From: Tubulanus polymorphus
Lineage: Eukaryota > Animalia > Nemertea
Assembly: GCF_964204645.1 (NCBI RefSeq)
Contig: NC_134029.1
Span: 744,001-808,000 of the forward strand
DNA: 64,000 bases
Direction: 5' to 3'
Of the stretch, positions 51,039-63,647 are shown piece by piece. Under the pieces are notes generated by a model, which was not told where the DNA came from, did no database searches, and saw only the letters and a list, made by a program, of their open reading frames with translations. The first letter of the stretch is position 1. The number at the start of each line of letters is the position of its first letter. Both the position numbers and the translations under genes were made by a program.

Positions 51039-54000
51039 ATGGCGGGTGTCGAAAGTGGAAATACGAATTTTCCGGCAATAAAAGTGTTCGGGAGTTTCGC
51101 TAGAGACGAATTGATACAGCAATTGAAATCGGTAAGAAAGTTTCATCTAAATGGATCAGATATCAGTCGAGTTTGAGTTAAATAAGCTGGTAGTTTCTGT
51201 GTAATACGCATTTTACTGGTCTATTTTTACACACCCCACTCCCCATCATCGGCGGGTACGGACGGGTGTAGGTTCGGATCCTATCGTGGACGGAAGTGAT
51301 TATTTTTTTTAAATACCGATACCAATCAGTTTTAAAGCGTTTGATTGAATGTTAACACAGTAAAACTGTAAATTCTTTCATTGTTGATGTGAATCACTGA
51401 CCAAAATTTGAAAAACTATTAAAAAACTTTCTACACTATTTCTACAATAATGTCACAATGCGCATATCATTTTATAGGTTCGTGGAATGAAAGATTTAGT
51501 TCTCGAAGGTGAATTGATGCGACCTTTAGACAGAATAGCAGGAGCATCAGTTCTTAAGGTAAGCAAAAACGTAACAACAGAGTGGGAACTTACCGAGGCA
51601 TCCAGCACCCGATCGTTGACAGTATCTCCTTGATTCCTATCAGTTTAAAATGGCAATAATTGTTTCTCGAATGCGATTTTTTGTATTTGTAGGAAAATGG
51701 AGTTGATCGAATATTCAAACTAGAACCAGTTCAATCATTACCAGGATGTGAACAGTTTGTATTAGTTAACTAAATATCAATATAAATATCCATTGATGAA
51801 ATGCTCTTGAGTTAACATTTCGGACACTTGTGGGATTGAAAATAGACTCACATCGTTTCATTGATGTTAAACACTTATTCAATAACCTAAGGCTAAACAA
51901 AAATGATACCTTGTTTCTCCGCAGCGGCCGGGTCATTTTTGTAAAATATGATAAAATTTATAAACAGTTCATTTCTATAGCGGCCGGGTCTGTTATGGTA
52001 AAATTGATCACAATTTTAAAAAAAAGTAATGTATAGGGTAGATTGGCGGCCGGCCGGGTCAACATTTAAGCTCAGCAGAGCGGAGAAACAAGGTATCAAT
52101 TTTTTTTAGCCTAATTCAACAATGTTAAACTGGACTCTGAATGGGTTCATTTTCAATTAGTAGACTATAATAAAATAATAACCTAAAACTGAGTATTTTA
52201 TCTAATTGTTTCAGACATTTCTATTTATATAAATCATTTTATATTATCATTACAACCCTTGTTCCAGTTCAACAGTTCTCGGTTAAATTTGACTCTAAAT
52301 TGGTTCGTTTTCAACAAGTAGACACTACTGTCACATCTTAACCGATAGTTTTAGTAAACCATGTGTAATTTATATTGATTATAGATCAGTTTAATATGTA
52401 TTGTTTCAGGCGTATCTATTTAGTTCGTCCAACGATTCCGAATTTGAAAATCATCGCTAACCAGATCAACGCAGATGTCGCCCAGCAACAAATCAGAAAA
52501 TATAAGATCATTTTTACGCCGAGAAAGGTTTGAATTATATTCATTGCGTAGATTCATTCGTTGATTCTGCAGGAATCTGATTCATATATTCATTGCGTGG
52601 ATTCATCCGTTAATTCTGCAGGAATCTGATTTATATATTTATTTCTAGTTACATATTTGTGATCTAGTGCTGGAACAGGAAGGTGTTTTTGGTTACGTTA
52701 CTATCGATGAATTTAGACTGGAATTGTTACCGCTTGAAAAAGATCTTTTATCGCTGGAAATTCCGCAGTTCTTCAAATCGTTCTTCTTGGTATGTTATCG
52801 TGAAATTCTCCAGTTACAGTAGACTCCGATTGTCTGTAATTATCGTATTTCCTGCTAGACTCCAATACATGTAATAATGACCCATCCCTTACAATGTGGA
52901 GGAGTCAGAGAGTCTACCGTAAAACCGATGTCTACGGTTGTGAATTTGTTCGGATTGATATTTGTTATCTATAGGACAAGGATCCAACAATGATACATAC
53001 AGTAGCGCAATCAATACTAGATATACAAGCATTGTTCGGCGATATTCCTAATATATATGGAATTGGAAACGCGGCTAAGGTTTGTTATCGTCTGCTACGA
53101 TGAACATCTGTCAATCATAGTCAGTTTCCTGCAGTAAATGTATATTATTATATTCAGATGACTTATGAAATGATGAAAACTATTTCTGAATTTCAACCCG
53201 ATCACAGAAAAGTTCACCCAGAAATCGGTCACCTATTCCTCATTGATCGAGGTATGAGTTTTTCGTGTACCGTGCGTTTCTTTTGTGTGATTATTTCCTA
53301 TGATGATATCTTGGTTTATTTTACAGATGTTGATTTCGTGACTGCGTTGGCTTCACAGGTTACGTACGAAGGATTAGTCGATGAAATATTTGGAATTCAT
53401 ACCGGTATCTATAATCATTATCGTTCTACAGGATCTGATGAAATTTTCGATGAATTGGCCTTAAATAATTCAACAACTATATTTTCTTCATAGTTGCATC
53501 ACTGCCATGATATCTAAGCCTTATTGATTTACCCTGAAAACTTTAAGACTTCAGATTTTGCCCTGGGTTCGACCCAACCCTTTTCTGTTGCATGTTTGAT
53601 TTGTTTTCATGAAAAAATCTTCCATTTATATAAACACAGGATATGCAGAATTTGGACCGGAAGTGACTGGGACGGAGAAACCGATGAGATTTCTGCTGTC
53701 GGGAGAAGATGAGGTGGAATAAAAATCATTGAATCGATCGATAAATAAACGAATGTTGCGCATAGAACTTTATCGCGTGTTTGAAATTATTCACAGGTTT
53801 ATGAAGAAATTAGAAATCGTCATTTCTCGAATGTTTCCGGATTCTTAAGCGCGAAAGCGAAGGAACTGCAGACCGGTTATGATGTAAGACTTCGATTCAC
53901 TGACTGATCCATTTCTTCAGATTCTACGTGAATTCAATTCGTTTCGATGTTTTTATTTCAGAAACGTCACGGTTTAGAATCAGTTTCGCAGTTGAAAGAT

Positions 54001-56537
54001 TTCGTATCGAATGAATTGAAAGGTTTGAAAGCTCAACACAGATCTTTATCACTGCGTAAGTGATGAAATTCTACTGATGATTAAGGCTAAAAAAATTGAT
54101 ACCTTGTTTCTCCGCTCTGCTGAGCTTAAATGTTGACCCGGCCGGCCGCCTATCTACCCTATACATTACATTTTTGAAAATCGTGATAAATTTTACCATA
54201 ACAGACCCGGCCGCTATAGAAATGAACTGTTTATAAATTTTATCATATTTTACAAAAATGACCCGGCCGCTGCGGAGAAACAAGGTATCATTTTTGTTTA
54301 GCCTAACACTTGAACTTATTAACACTGTATCCTTAATAATCTGTGCTATTTGCAGATATCGGAGCCTGTGAAGTTATACTCAACAAGAAAACAAAACAGT
54401 CCGATTTCCAAGAACATTTACGTACAGAACACAGTGAGTCGTGTTTATTAACGTTATTCCAATCAGTTCAAAGTTTCTTTTATCTTCTCTATCTGAGATG
54501 ACGAGAGATACATTCATAATCCCGAGTCTCCAATCAATCTCAGATCATAGTTCTGAATCCTACTGATTGCGAATTTGATCTAATCTAGATCTATTGAACT
54601 ATATCACAAACTGCACGTTGATCCATTTATTGTTGTTTTTAGGTTTAATTGAATGCGTTGAGACAAAGGAGAATATTTCATACATTGAAGAGGCTATAAA
54701 CAGACAGGTAATAAACAGAGGCATCGATGAGGAGAGTGAGAGGAGGCACTTCTTACTATCTCGTGTAGATAATTCTTATAAACACTGCATAGAACTGGTA
54801 GCAGGGGATTTTTGAAAGGGTGGAAAGTGATCACGACTCTGTTATATCTGCCATAATAATTACTTAAATGCATTGTGTTTTACTGCATTTTTTCAGTATA
54901 ATATGATATCTACGTTGAGATTACTGTGTATACTTTCACAAACACAAGGAGGTTGTTCCAGTTTACTTTATAAATCACTAGTCACTCAATTCTGTCACGT
55001 AAGTATTGATTATTGTTCATCATCGCAATCAAATCGTACATAATCACAGTTTTCTGCTGTAGACTCCTCCTTCCTTACTAGGTGATCCTGACTCAAGAAT
55101 TTTTCTAGAATATATTTGGAAAAATCTTAAAATTCTCTGATTTTCAACTCAGTGAAATATTTACAGCATTCCCAACGCTTCAAATTAAGGAATAGTTCGC
55201 TGCAAATGTGAATTACGAATTTTTCTAACTGTACTTTTGTATTAATTTGACAGAGTCATCGTTTTGAGCACATGTTAACATTCCATAATCTTAAAAAGAC
55301 TGGATTATTCACCGAAAATGATCAAGCGTCGCAGAGTTCGATGGCTATAAAAGCGCTGTCGAAGAGTTCATTCAAAAGTATCAGTAAAAAGCTTCATTTG
55401 GTAATTTCTTATTCAATGTGACTGATTTCAAGGTTTTCAAATGCGAGATGATGATGATGATGATGATGATGATGAGATGCATGTTTCAGGTTCCTAAATT
55501 CGGTGAAGAGATGAATTTGAAGAATCCATCAGACATGTCCTATGTATTCAGCGGTGCTTATACTCCGTTAACGTGTAAACTGGTTGAACAGGTACAAGTT
55601 TGCTGTTACTAGATCAGATATACACGATATCACACTGGACTTTCCCTCAAAGTTGAATTTCCCAATTATAGTATGAACTCTGGACAATCATCTTTTGAAA
55701 GTGTGCTGATAAAATGACATCTGGTGTTTGTTGTTCATTTTCAATTAAAAATTTCTCGGGTTAAGTTCTGAACACATGTGAAGTGTGGACAATAAAAAAA
55801 CATGTGTTCAGGCTAATGGGTATGATGGATACTGGTCTGTACTAACTCAATGTCATATTGATTTGATTTATAGGTTGTAAGCAGAGAAGGCTTCACCGGT
55901 TTAGAAGATGTTATTAAATATATCGATAGTCCACATTTTTGTAATCTGAAACCTAAAACAGCTCGAGGTATGGTTAGAATCAAATAATTTGGGTATCTTT
56001 AAATACTTTATGGTACAGTTAGCTCAGTTGCTTGAGTGGAGGACTGGACACCAAAAGGTCCCTGGTTCGAAACCACCTCTGACATTGGCTATCAAGACAC
56101 TTGGACTAACCTCTGCTAACTTAGTCAAGGCCAGGCTTGGCCGCGTCTCTTAAGACCCACTAGGGTCACACTGTTACTTGAAGCCCGGACGTACAACTCT
56201 GTAGTAAATCTATGTATGTATGAATCGTTTCAGGCACAGCCAGTTCTGAATCTACCAATTCTAAAACGATCCTAGTCTATTTTCTCGGTGGTTGTACATT
56301 TACTGAATTAGCAGCTCTAAGATTTCTCTGCAAACTCAGAGGTAAAAATATCACTTCCATTCTTTCAGTTATTTAAAAGTTGTCCATGTCCTCCGAGTTT
56401 GGAAGCAATGTTTACTGTATTAATTGATCTTACTGTGTTGTGGTTTTTCTGATTTTCTAGGTTGGAAAATACTGGTAGCAACAACTTCGATGATAAATGG
56501 AAACACAATGTTGAAGCAACTGATTGAATACAGCTGA
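51039..56537 (+). CDS. VPS33B: Vacuolar protein sorting 33B (Sec1/Munc18 family), 19 exons: 51039-51131, 51478-51558, 51693-51754, 52410-52527, 52649-52789, 52975-53079, 53158-53251, 53327-53404, 53640-53713, 53797-53883, 53962-54055, 54356-54433, 54643-54707, 54897-54998, 55254-55400, 55490-55591, 55874-55967, 56234-56341, 56461-56537; 599 aa
   Basis: Spliced translation: [116 protein letters not shown]. Exon total is 1800 nt with all phases consistent. The motifs match VPS33B better than VPS33A. Confidence 0.95.
51891..52111 (+). mobile_element. PIF/Harbinger (Tourist-like) MITE, copy 1, in VPS33B intron 3
   Basis: About 32-bp TIRs GGCTAAA..AATGATACCTTGTTTCTCCGC, TAA target duplication on both sides, internal GCGGCCGGGTC-like motif three times. 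Confidence 0.9.
54085..54303 (-). mobile_element. PIF/Harbinger MITE, copy 2, inverted relative to copy 1, in VPS33B intron 11
   Basis: Near-identical reverse complement of 51891-52111 with TAA TSD. The ORFs at 51830 and 54071 share the same peptide. Confidence 0.9.
56012..56223 (+). mobile_element. tRNA-derived SINE-like copy filling most of VPS33B intron 17
   Basis: A-box-like TAGCTCAGTTG, B-box GGTTCGAAACC, a non-tRNA body and a (TATG)3 tail. Confidence 0.65.
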
Positions 56538-58303
56538 ATCGATACATCTGATCACCAGTTATTATTGACTGTTCATTACTGACGCTAATTCATTTTAACT
56601 GTTCCGCAATGTGCTATAAAGACTTTATACAACAAAACAGTCAACGCTCGATATATAAATATACCGCACTGAGTGACTGTAAATTTGCAAGGTATCTGCA
56701 ATCTACTATTGGCTAAATATATGTATATTATATGTTAATAATGTATGAATTTATATGTGAAATAGATATTTATTACGAAAAATGGTTGTTTATTGTATTT
56801 ATTGATTGGTCCCCTGGTGTTATCATGATTTGAGTTTTATGTAGGGATGAAGACGATGGGATCCTTGGATGAGTGATTCAAAAGGCAAATTAGATTGGAT
56901 TGGCACAACTTATGAATCACAACTTATAGATTATTGGAATCGATTATTTGATTGGAATGTAAACTGCCAGGGAGGACCATTGGACAAACTACGATCCGTA
57001 CTGTACTGTTGCACCGGTTACAACAACTTCGGGGAACCCCTGCGTATTATTAAGCGATTAATATTTTAGAAGCATAGATCGCCATCTATCAGAATCTCCC
57101 TGAACTGGCCAGTTCTAATTCAGGATTTGCACCATGTTGATTGATGTTAAAATGATAGATCGCCATCTACCGGAATCTTCGAGACCAGTTCATTGAAATC
57201 CCAATAGGTAGCGATCAGATCATAAGATTTTCAAATCTGTTTATATCCTCTCTCTACATACCGACACTTGATCAGAGAGTAATAAACTAAAGTATTTTCA
57301 TTCACCGATTAATAAAGACCCATTTTGTTTTCGGTTGACTTTGGACCGTTGTACAACTGAACCCAACAATCGAACCATGGCAATGTCCATTTCTCGAAGC
57401 CAAGGTGTAATAACATGCTATGACCAAATATCGTTTAATCATTGTTGATTGAAAAATCGGAAACCTATATCGTCAGTTGAGCAGAGACAGGGAAAAATAC
57501 ATTGAAATACCATATTGTAAAATATTATCAGTACAATGCAAATAATAAGATATATCCTACACAGATCTAGATACTGAGTTTGATCAATCACTTTCATGTC
57601 ATGGTTTGTGATAACAGGTACGTAGAGGAATTCATTGTAATCTAATTGGATTTGAGAGGAGCTGGATCGAGATTGGTCATCACAGGTAATGAGTTCAGTA
57701 CACCACCCCTTAACCCACGGGCCGTCTTGTGCGACACCATTGATCACCGATTCAATCTCTGATGTGTGACAATATACGTTTGCAAGTTGCATAAGGGTTG
57801 GGGGATTTATGGAGGCAGCCATCTCTTTCCCAAAAAGGTTGGTCTAATCGTATCAATTTGGATATGAGGGACTTAATGAAAGTAACCAACTTGTTGATGA
57901 AAGACCCGGGAGCAGATCATTTTGTGGAGCAGAGAAAGATCCCTTCAAATATATGCATTTATTTTCAGAATGGAACGGATAATTGTTGTGATTTTAGTGG
58001 TCGTGGGTCTAGTGATAAATGTCTGTAGAACTGAGGTATATACTATAGAATAGAGAGGCGATATTTTCGCCAATTTAACTGATAGTTCGCCATTCAAAAT
58101 AAAGGTGATGTACACCATAGAGACCTCCTTGCTCGCCCAGCGCTCAACAAATCAGTGAATTTTCAAAATTTGATATGAAGAACCATGGACTCTAAAACAA
58201 ATTCGGTTTAGAGTCCGGTTATAGAAACACTACTAAGAAAGGCGTAGTTGGGTTCCGAGTTGGTTGGTAGGTACGTATGTTTGTAAATTTGTGTGATTTG
58301 CAG

Positions 58304-58927
58304 GATGAAATGAACAAGAATTCAATGTCTTCAAATATAGAACTATCAGTAACTATTCACGATGTTGATAAACTGATCACTGATTAAGGAGTGAATGCTG
58401 ATCTGACTGGCAAAATTAGTGAGTAATATATATCTTGTGTAGACTTGTGTTACAAATGTAAATCTTTTTTCAACCCTCTCCCTCAAGCATGTTCGAAATA
58501 CTGCATGTTCTAAGGGAGGTCCAATCATTGAATGTCCATCTCAGCCACTGGGACGATCGATTGACCATTTGTCAAGACAAATATTCGCCAATTGATATTT
58601 CAGAAAAGTTGGAGAAAAAGATTTTGTCCCAAGTTCAGAATCTTGACGTCGAACTGTCAAAGTTTGGTAATGAATGTAGTAAGTATGTAAGCGTAAATTA
58701 AAACGAGGATGATTCTCATACCAAGACGCAGGTCCCCTTATAGACTACGTACGTGAGTTCCGTGGACTAACTCTGGTACCCCGGAGATTCCCCGTGAAAT
58801 ATCATCAGTAATACTGAGTCCCCTGAAACTGAAATCAACACACTTTACTCATATCATTTAGAGAAAGAGAACTCCAACTTGGAAGCAAAGTTCACAGAGG
58901 AGTTAAAAGAATTTGATCATAATTTAG
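58304..58927 (+). pseudogene. Fragments of a spliced helical/coiled-coil coding sequence, probably decayed
   Basis: Exon-like blocks 58488-58678 and 58862-58927 have gtaagt donors and join in frame (...LSKFGNECKKENSNLEAKFTEELKEFDHNL). The upstream block starting at 58304 has an in-frame TAA and a phase clash. Family not recognised. Confidence 0.3.
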
Positions 58928-60189
58928 GTAAGTGATTAAACAACTTGGATCCAGGGCCCAGTTTCACACACAACAATTCAAACTTAACCGTTTTAGGCTA
59001 AAACTTTTTCTTGAAACTATGCCCAATTCTAATGAGTTGTAGTTTCATTAATCGGAGATTGTATTGATGATTGAATCGCTTGGAAGTCGTTTATATATCC
59101 ATCTATTTTGTAGATAATTTCGCTGCGCAAATCGATACTATTTCCGTTTTGATCGGTAAGTTGTTCCACGAATGAAATGCACGAATCACGGATTCCTTTC
59201 ACCAATAATAGAGAAAATATATGATGTATATATTTGTGATGACTCAGGCTCGCTACTTTCAGTGGATTAAGTTCATTGGATATCACAACCGGGAATTATG
59301 ATATATACGTAATAAATCAAATTATTTATTGCAGCCAAGTTGAATGGTGCATAGGTCGCTGGGAAGTGAGATAGGAATGGTATTGAGTAATGGAATACTT
59401 GAAAATAATGTGTCGTTTTTTCGAGGCTAAAATGTGTTTTTGTCCTGTAATTGTTCAAATAAACTACGCAATTTACAATCCAACTTGCGTCATTCTACTT
59501 CCGTCTTGTAACATTTTAATGAATTTAGCATCATTTTACTTAATTCCATCTTGTCTCATTAAGTTCATTAGTTTAGACTCTCGTCCAGCAAGTCTATGGA
59601 GTGGAAAGTTGTTCTACCAGTCGCCCAGATATCATGTCACACCTTAGTACAGTCGGTGGGTTCCGAATCACGTCAAAAAAAGAAGAACCGAATCACTGAT
59701 ATCGTATGGCATGTTCCTACACCCGTCCTTTGCACCATTTACCCCGTATTTTTCACTTGGGCCGATCGACCCAAAGGTAACAATTCCACGTTTTAAGATT
59801 AGAATGTGACTAGTCTGACCGGGCTTTACTCCACGGTTATGCGATGCGCAACTGGTTTTAGTAGGCGAATCAAACTGAAGCCGTACGTAGCTATTCGCGC
59901 TATAAGGTTACTTTGCCGCCTCTTTTGATATTTCCGAGAAATATCAAAAAACAAAAACATTCTGAATGCAAATCTATAATAAATGACACAAAAGATTTTC
60001 TAACTGCTTAGAGTTAAAACTGATTACTAATTTAATCAATGACCATGCTACAGAATACGGATTTGAATTTGTAGTTTCACACAGCTATGGAACAGGCTGT
60101 AGCCAATAGAATGAAAAGATAAAATTTCGAATTCATAAACGATTGTTAATTTCTAAAACTAATTTCATCGCGTTAATTGTAAGTAATAG

Positions 60190-60510
60190 CTAGAAACCCG
60201 TGATCTTTCCAGTAAAACCAGTTCCACTTCCACCGCCATCAATAAATCCAGCATGCTCTACACCTTCTGTGTCAGCCCTGTCAATATCACAGATCAGCTC
60301 TGTTGGTTGAGTTCCTGGATTATACCCAAACTTCTCCATCATAAACCTGTCTAATTTCGATCCTAATAACCTCAATATTTCATACGCTGTTCTTTTCACT
60401 GTCCGTTTCAAAGACAAGATCTTCTGCGCGTTCCATTCGGCCACGTCTTTCACTTCTCGCAAAATTCTCAATTCTTTCTCCTGATCGGTTTCGTTAACGT
60501 AGCATATTCA
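60190..60510 (-). other. Unidentified coding-like fragment of about 105 codons, possibly a transposon or pseudogene relic
   Basis: Protein-like composition (..EVKDVAEWNAQKILSLKRTVKRTAYEILRLLGSKLDRFMMEKFGYNPG..), but no convincing start or splice context. Confidence 0.25.
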
Positions 60511-61687
60511 GTGTGTTGTATTTCCATATTCCAAATATTTATCGTAGCTATATTTTTAACTTTTAGTTCTTTATTAACCAACTACTACATTTATTCTAAC
60601 ATTCCTTTTTCGTCAGTCACCGACAAGCCTTGCCTTTTTCTGAAACTCACTCTTATTTTACAACATACAAATTGTTTCTAAAATAAATGAAAAATGAATA
60701 ATTTGTTTTAAATTGTTTTGACTATGGGCTAAGCCTGTCCTGGACGGCAGCCACCTCTTATACCTTCCAAGAACCGGCGCGACTCAGTGAAACGAGCCGG
60801 CGATGCGAGACTCAAGTTCCCGAGTCCAATGTCCATGATTTATTCATTGTAATTCCATGTTGTGTGATTTAGTGTTACGGGATTCCGGGGTTTCCCGGAA
60901 GAATGTCAAATCAAACAGGCAACAATTTTGGTTGATGTTGGCCGGGATTCAAGTACTGCGTCATAGTATACCCCAGATCTATTGAGGCATCAGTCGCGAA
61001 AAACATGGTTATTCTATAACTGGGTACCGAACCCATATATATAGAATAGAAATAGAAATCGTATGAATATTAATCGCCGAAATCGATAGCAATAAAATGT
61101 TCAATAAAGTCTTCATTAGAATTTGAGTGGGTACGATACGAAAGACACACTGGTATCACGGACTGGGTACTAGCGGACATACTCTTTTATGACCTCCGAA
61201 GTCTCCGTCCGAAATCTCCGGTTGGCTCCACACAAAATCCAAATCACACCACCTCGACATAAAGGAGGTTTCGGAGACTCCAAAAAGTCACATGACCAAT
61301 AAGAGAGTACGATTGTAGGCAAACGGATTCTCCGATCTGATAAAAGAGTTCGCCTTTGACGTCTCCTATACTGTTGCATTAGCGGCCGATATGTGAAATA
61401 TCTTATTCCTCACATGCCACAGTCGGGCACCTCCGGCTATCGAGTTAGTTCGCATAATCGCCGTCAATGTTGTTTCTAGGGGCAGCACTAGACGGTTATG
61501 ATTATACACTCAATCTGACGCCGGGTCTCTGAATTCCCGGCAACTCGTGCTGACATTAGAATCGCAGAATCTAATAAACCATCTTTTTGTAAAAAAAGAG
61601 AGTTAATTTGTGATATTTTCCACACTGGATTAGGTAGAGAGAAAAAATACTTTTTCAAAAAATCTTTTATTGAGATCTCAAAACTCT

Positions 61688-61972
61688 TTAGGACCTGATG
61701 CAGTAATTTAAGTCCTCTTTAAAACCATCTGAAAACGTAAAAAAGGTTACAAGTTTTACTACTATTTTGGCTAATTAATAAACTCACAAAATATCATTAG
61801 AATCGATTAAAATTACCCGGACATGATTTGACGCAGGTATTACCGAACTGTAGATAGCCGTCAGGGTTGTAACCATCTACATCTGGCGCGGCAGCATATT
61901 TGGACGGGTAACAATACGGGATGCATTTGACGTCACCGTCTGGTTGAACAATCATTACATCTCGGCATGACT

Positions 61973-62014
<42 letters not shown>

Positions 62015-62640
62015 GTAGCAGCAGCAGTAGCAGCAGCAACAGCAACAGCAACAGCAGCAGAGTGAAAGATCGAGAGAAAAAGGATTCAACTTGAACTCTT
62101 CATACCAAATAGAAACAATGCGCATCGTCCGGGACAAGAATCGAGGTCCCAACCTCCCTAGTTTTTTCTACGCCTGATTTAAAGGTTCATATCAAATCAT
62201 TTATTATTTCTCTTACAAATGCCCCAGTCGGGCATCCCCCGAACACTACGTCCACCGTGGCGTAATTTTCAGAAATATTTGAGATGATTACCGTACACTC
62301 CACGTCACTGGGTCCCGTGCAGCCGTCTTTACAGTTGTGATTACAACATTCAGTTTTTGCAGGTCCAAAACAAATACCGTGTTCATAAACTGTTGTACAA
62401 GTTTCATCACATGTTCCAGCGTAGCCTACAACGTGATTGAATTAACAAGAAAAAATCGTGTTTCTGAACTCGGAGAATCCGAACGCACCCCACAAGGATT
62501 GGATATAATCATCCGGGGCCAATGTATTGCAACTTGAAGAACGGACTGTAAAAACTGTGGAACCTTTGTAATCAAATTAATTTACCTTTCACTAAAACGA
62601 TGGAAATCGCTGCTAAGCAAATAAAAACGTCGCGTAACAT
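61688..62640 (-). CDS. Small secreted furin-like cysteine-rich protein resembling isolated EGFR/ErbB domain II. Exons 62640-62586, 62425-62292, 61970-61817, 61728-61688; 127 aa
   Basis: MLRDVFICLAAISIVLVKGYAGTCDETCTTVYEHGICFGPAKTECCNHNCKDGCTGPSDVECTSCRDVMIVQPDGDVKCIPYCYPSKYAAAPDVDGYNPDGYLQFGNTCVKSCPDGFKEDLNYCIRS*. Signal peptide, 14 mature Cys, GT-AG introns in phases 1,0,1, TATAAA at 62720-62715, AATAAA at 61671-61666. Confidence 0.85.
61972..62060. repeat. (CAG/CAA/TAG)n trinucleotide repeat, about 29 units, abutting a splice acceptor
   Basis: Direct inspection. Produces the poly-L and poly-C ORF artefacts. Confidence 0.97.
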
Positions 62641-63647
62641 CGTGAACCCGCACAAAGGTTAAAGTTTAGAAAACTGCAGTGACTATGTTAAAAATGTATA
62701 ACCAGTTGGTCGACTTTATACCAGTGTGTGAATGATTTACGGAAATGCTATCAGTATCAGTGTTTTGTGAGGAGTTTTGACGCGGTTGTTGACAGTTAAA
62801 TATTGATAATATTGATTGTCTGTCACACCTGCTCTGAGACAGTTGATCTAAATCATGCTTTTGTATCTATTTATTGAAGCGCACGTATCGCTATTCTCTA
62901 TGACGGATGTTTATATCTTATCACTCAAATGATATTCATATCTATCAATGATAGACGAATGTTTGATAATGCATTTCTAGAGCAGGAAACCTGATGAAAA
63001 CGATGTGTTCGTCAGTGTCGATTGTACAGTTGCTTTGCCCGTAGCCAGGAATTTTCGTTGAAAAAATGAGGAAATTTGTCCATTTTCCAAGCAAAATGAC
63101 TGCAGTTCTAAAACTAACCTTGGCCATAGGCTCCTAATGCTAACCGGGCTTACTGTCGGCTCAACTGTCATGCAATGATTATAGCATTGTTGCACAATCA
63201 TTCTCAAATTACATTAGAATTTCTTTAAGAATGCGTCCGGAGGGTGGGCTGCAGATTGATACTGCATTGTGAGTTGAAGTCTAGTCAAGGTTTGATTTTC
63301 CTGGTCCACACCCGCACAGAGAGAATATTCCATAAAATATAAACGAAAATAACTAAATTCTATATTTAAGAAGAACAAATTTTACTTTTCTTCATCCACC
63401 CCAGGAGGAACTAACAGAAATATTCGAGCAGCAAAACGCGACCTCAATATTCTACACGCCATTACCAACAAGCGGCAGCAGTAGTAGTAGTTTAAACACA
63501 CCACCATGCAGTGCACAGCAAAACAAGCACTGAAATTGCATGTGTCTAATAGTTCTTTAACGATGGGAAAACAGATATAAAAAGTACGCAAACGATCAAC
63601 TGAACTCGCACGACTCGAGAGAGAGAGAGAGAGAGAGCAGATGAAAT

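Noticed and set aside
61955-62152. Poly-Cys and poly-Leu ORFs
   Set aside because: Translation of the intronic trinucleotide repeat. Only 61970-61817 is a real exon.
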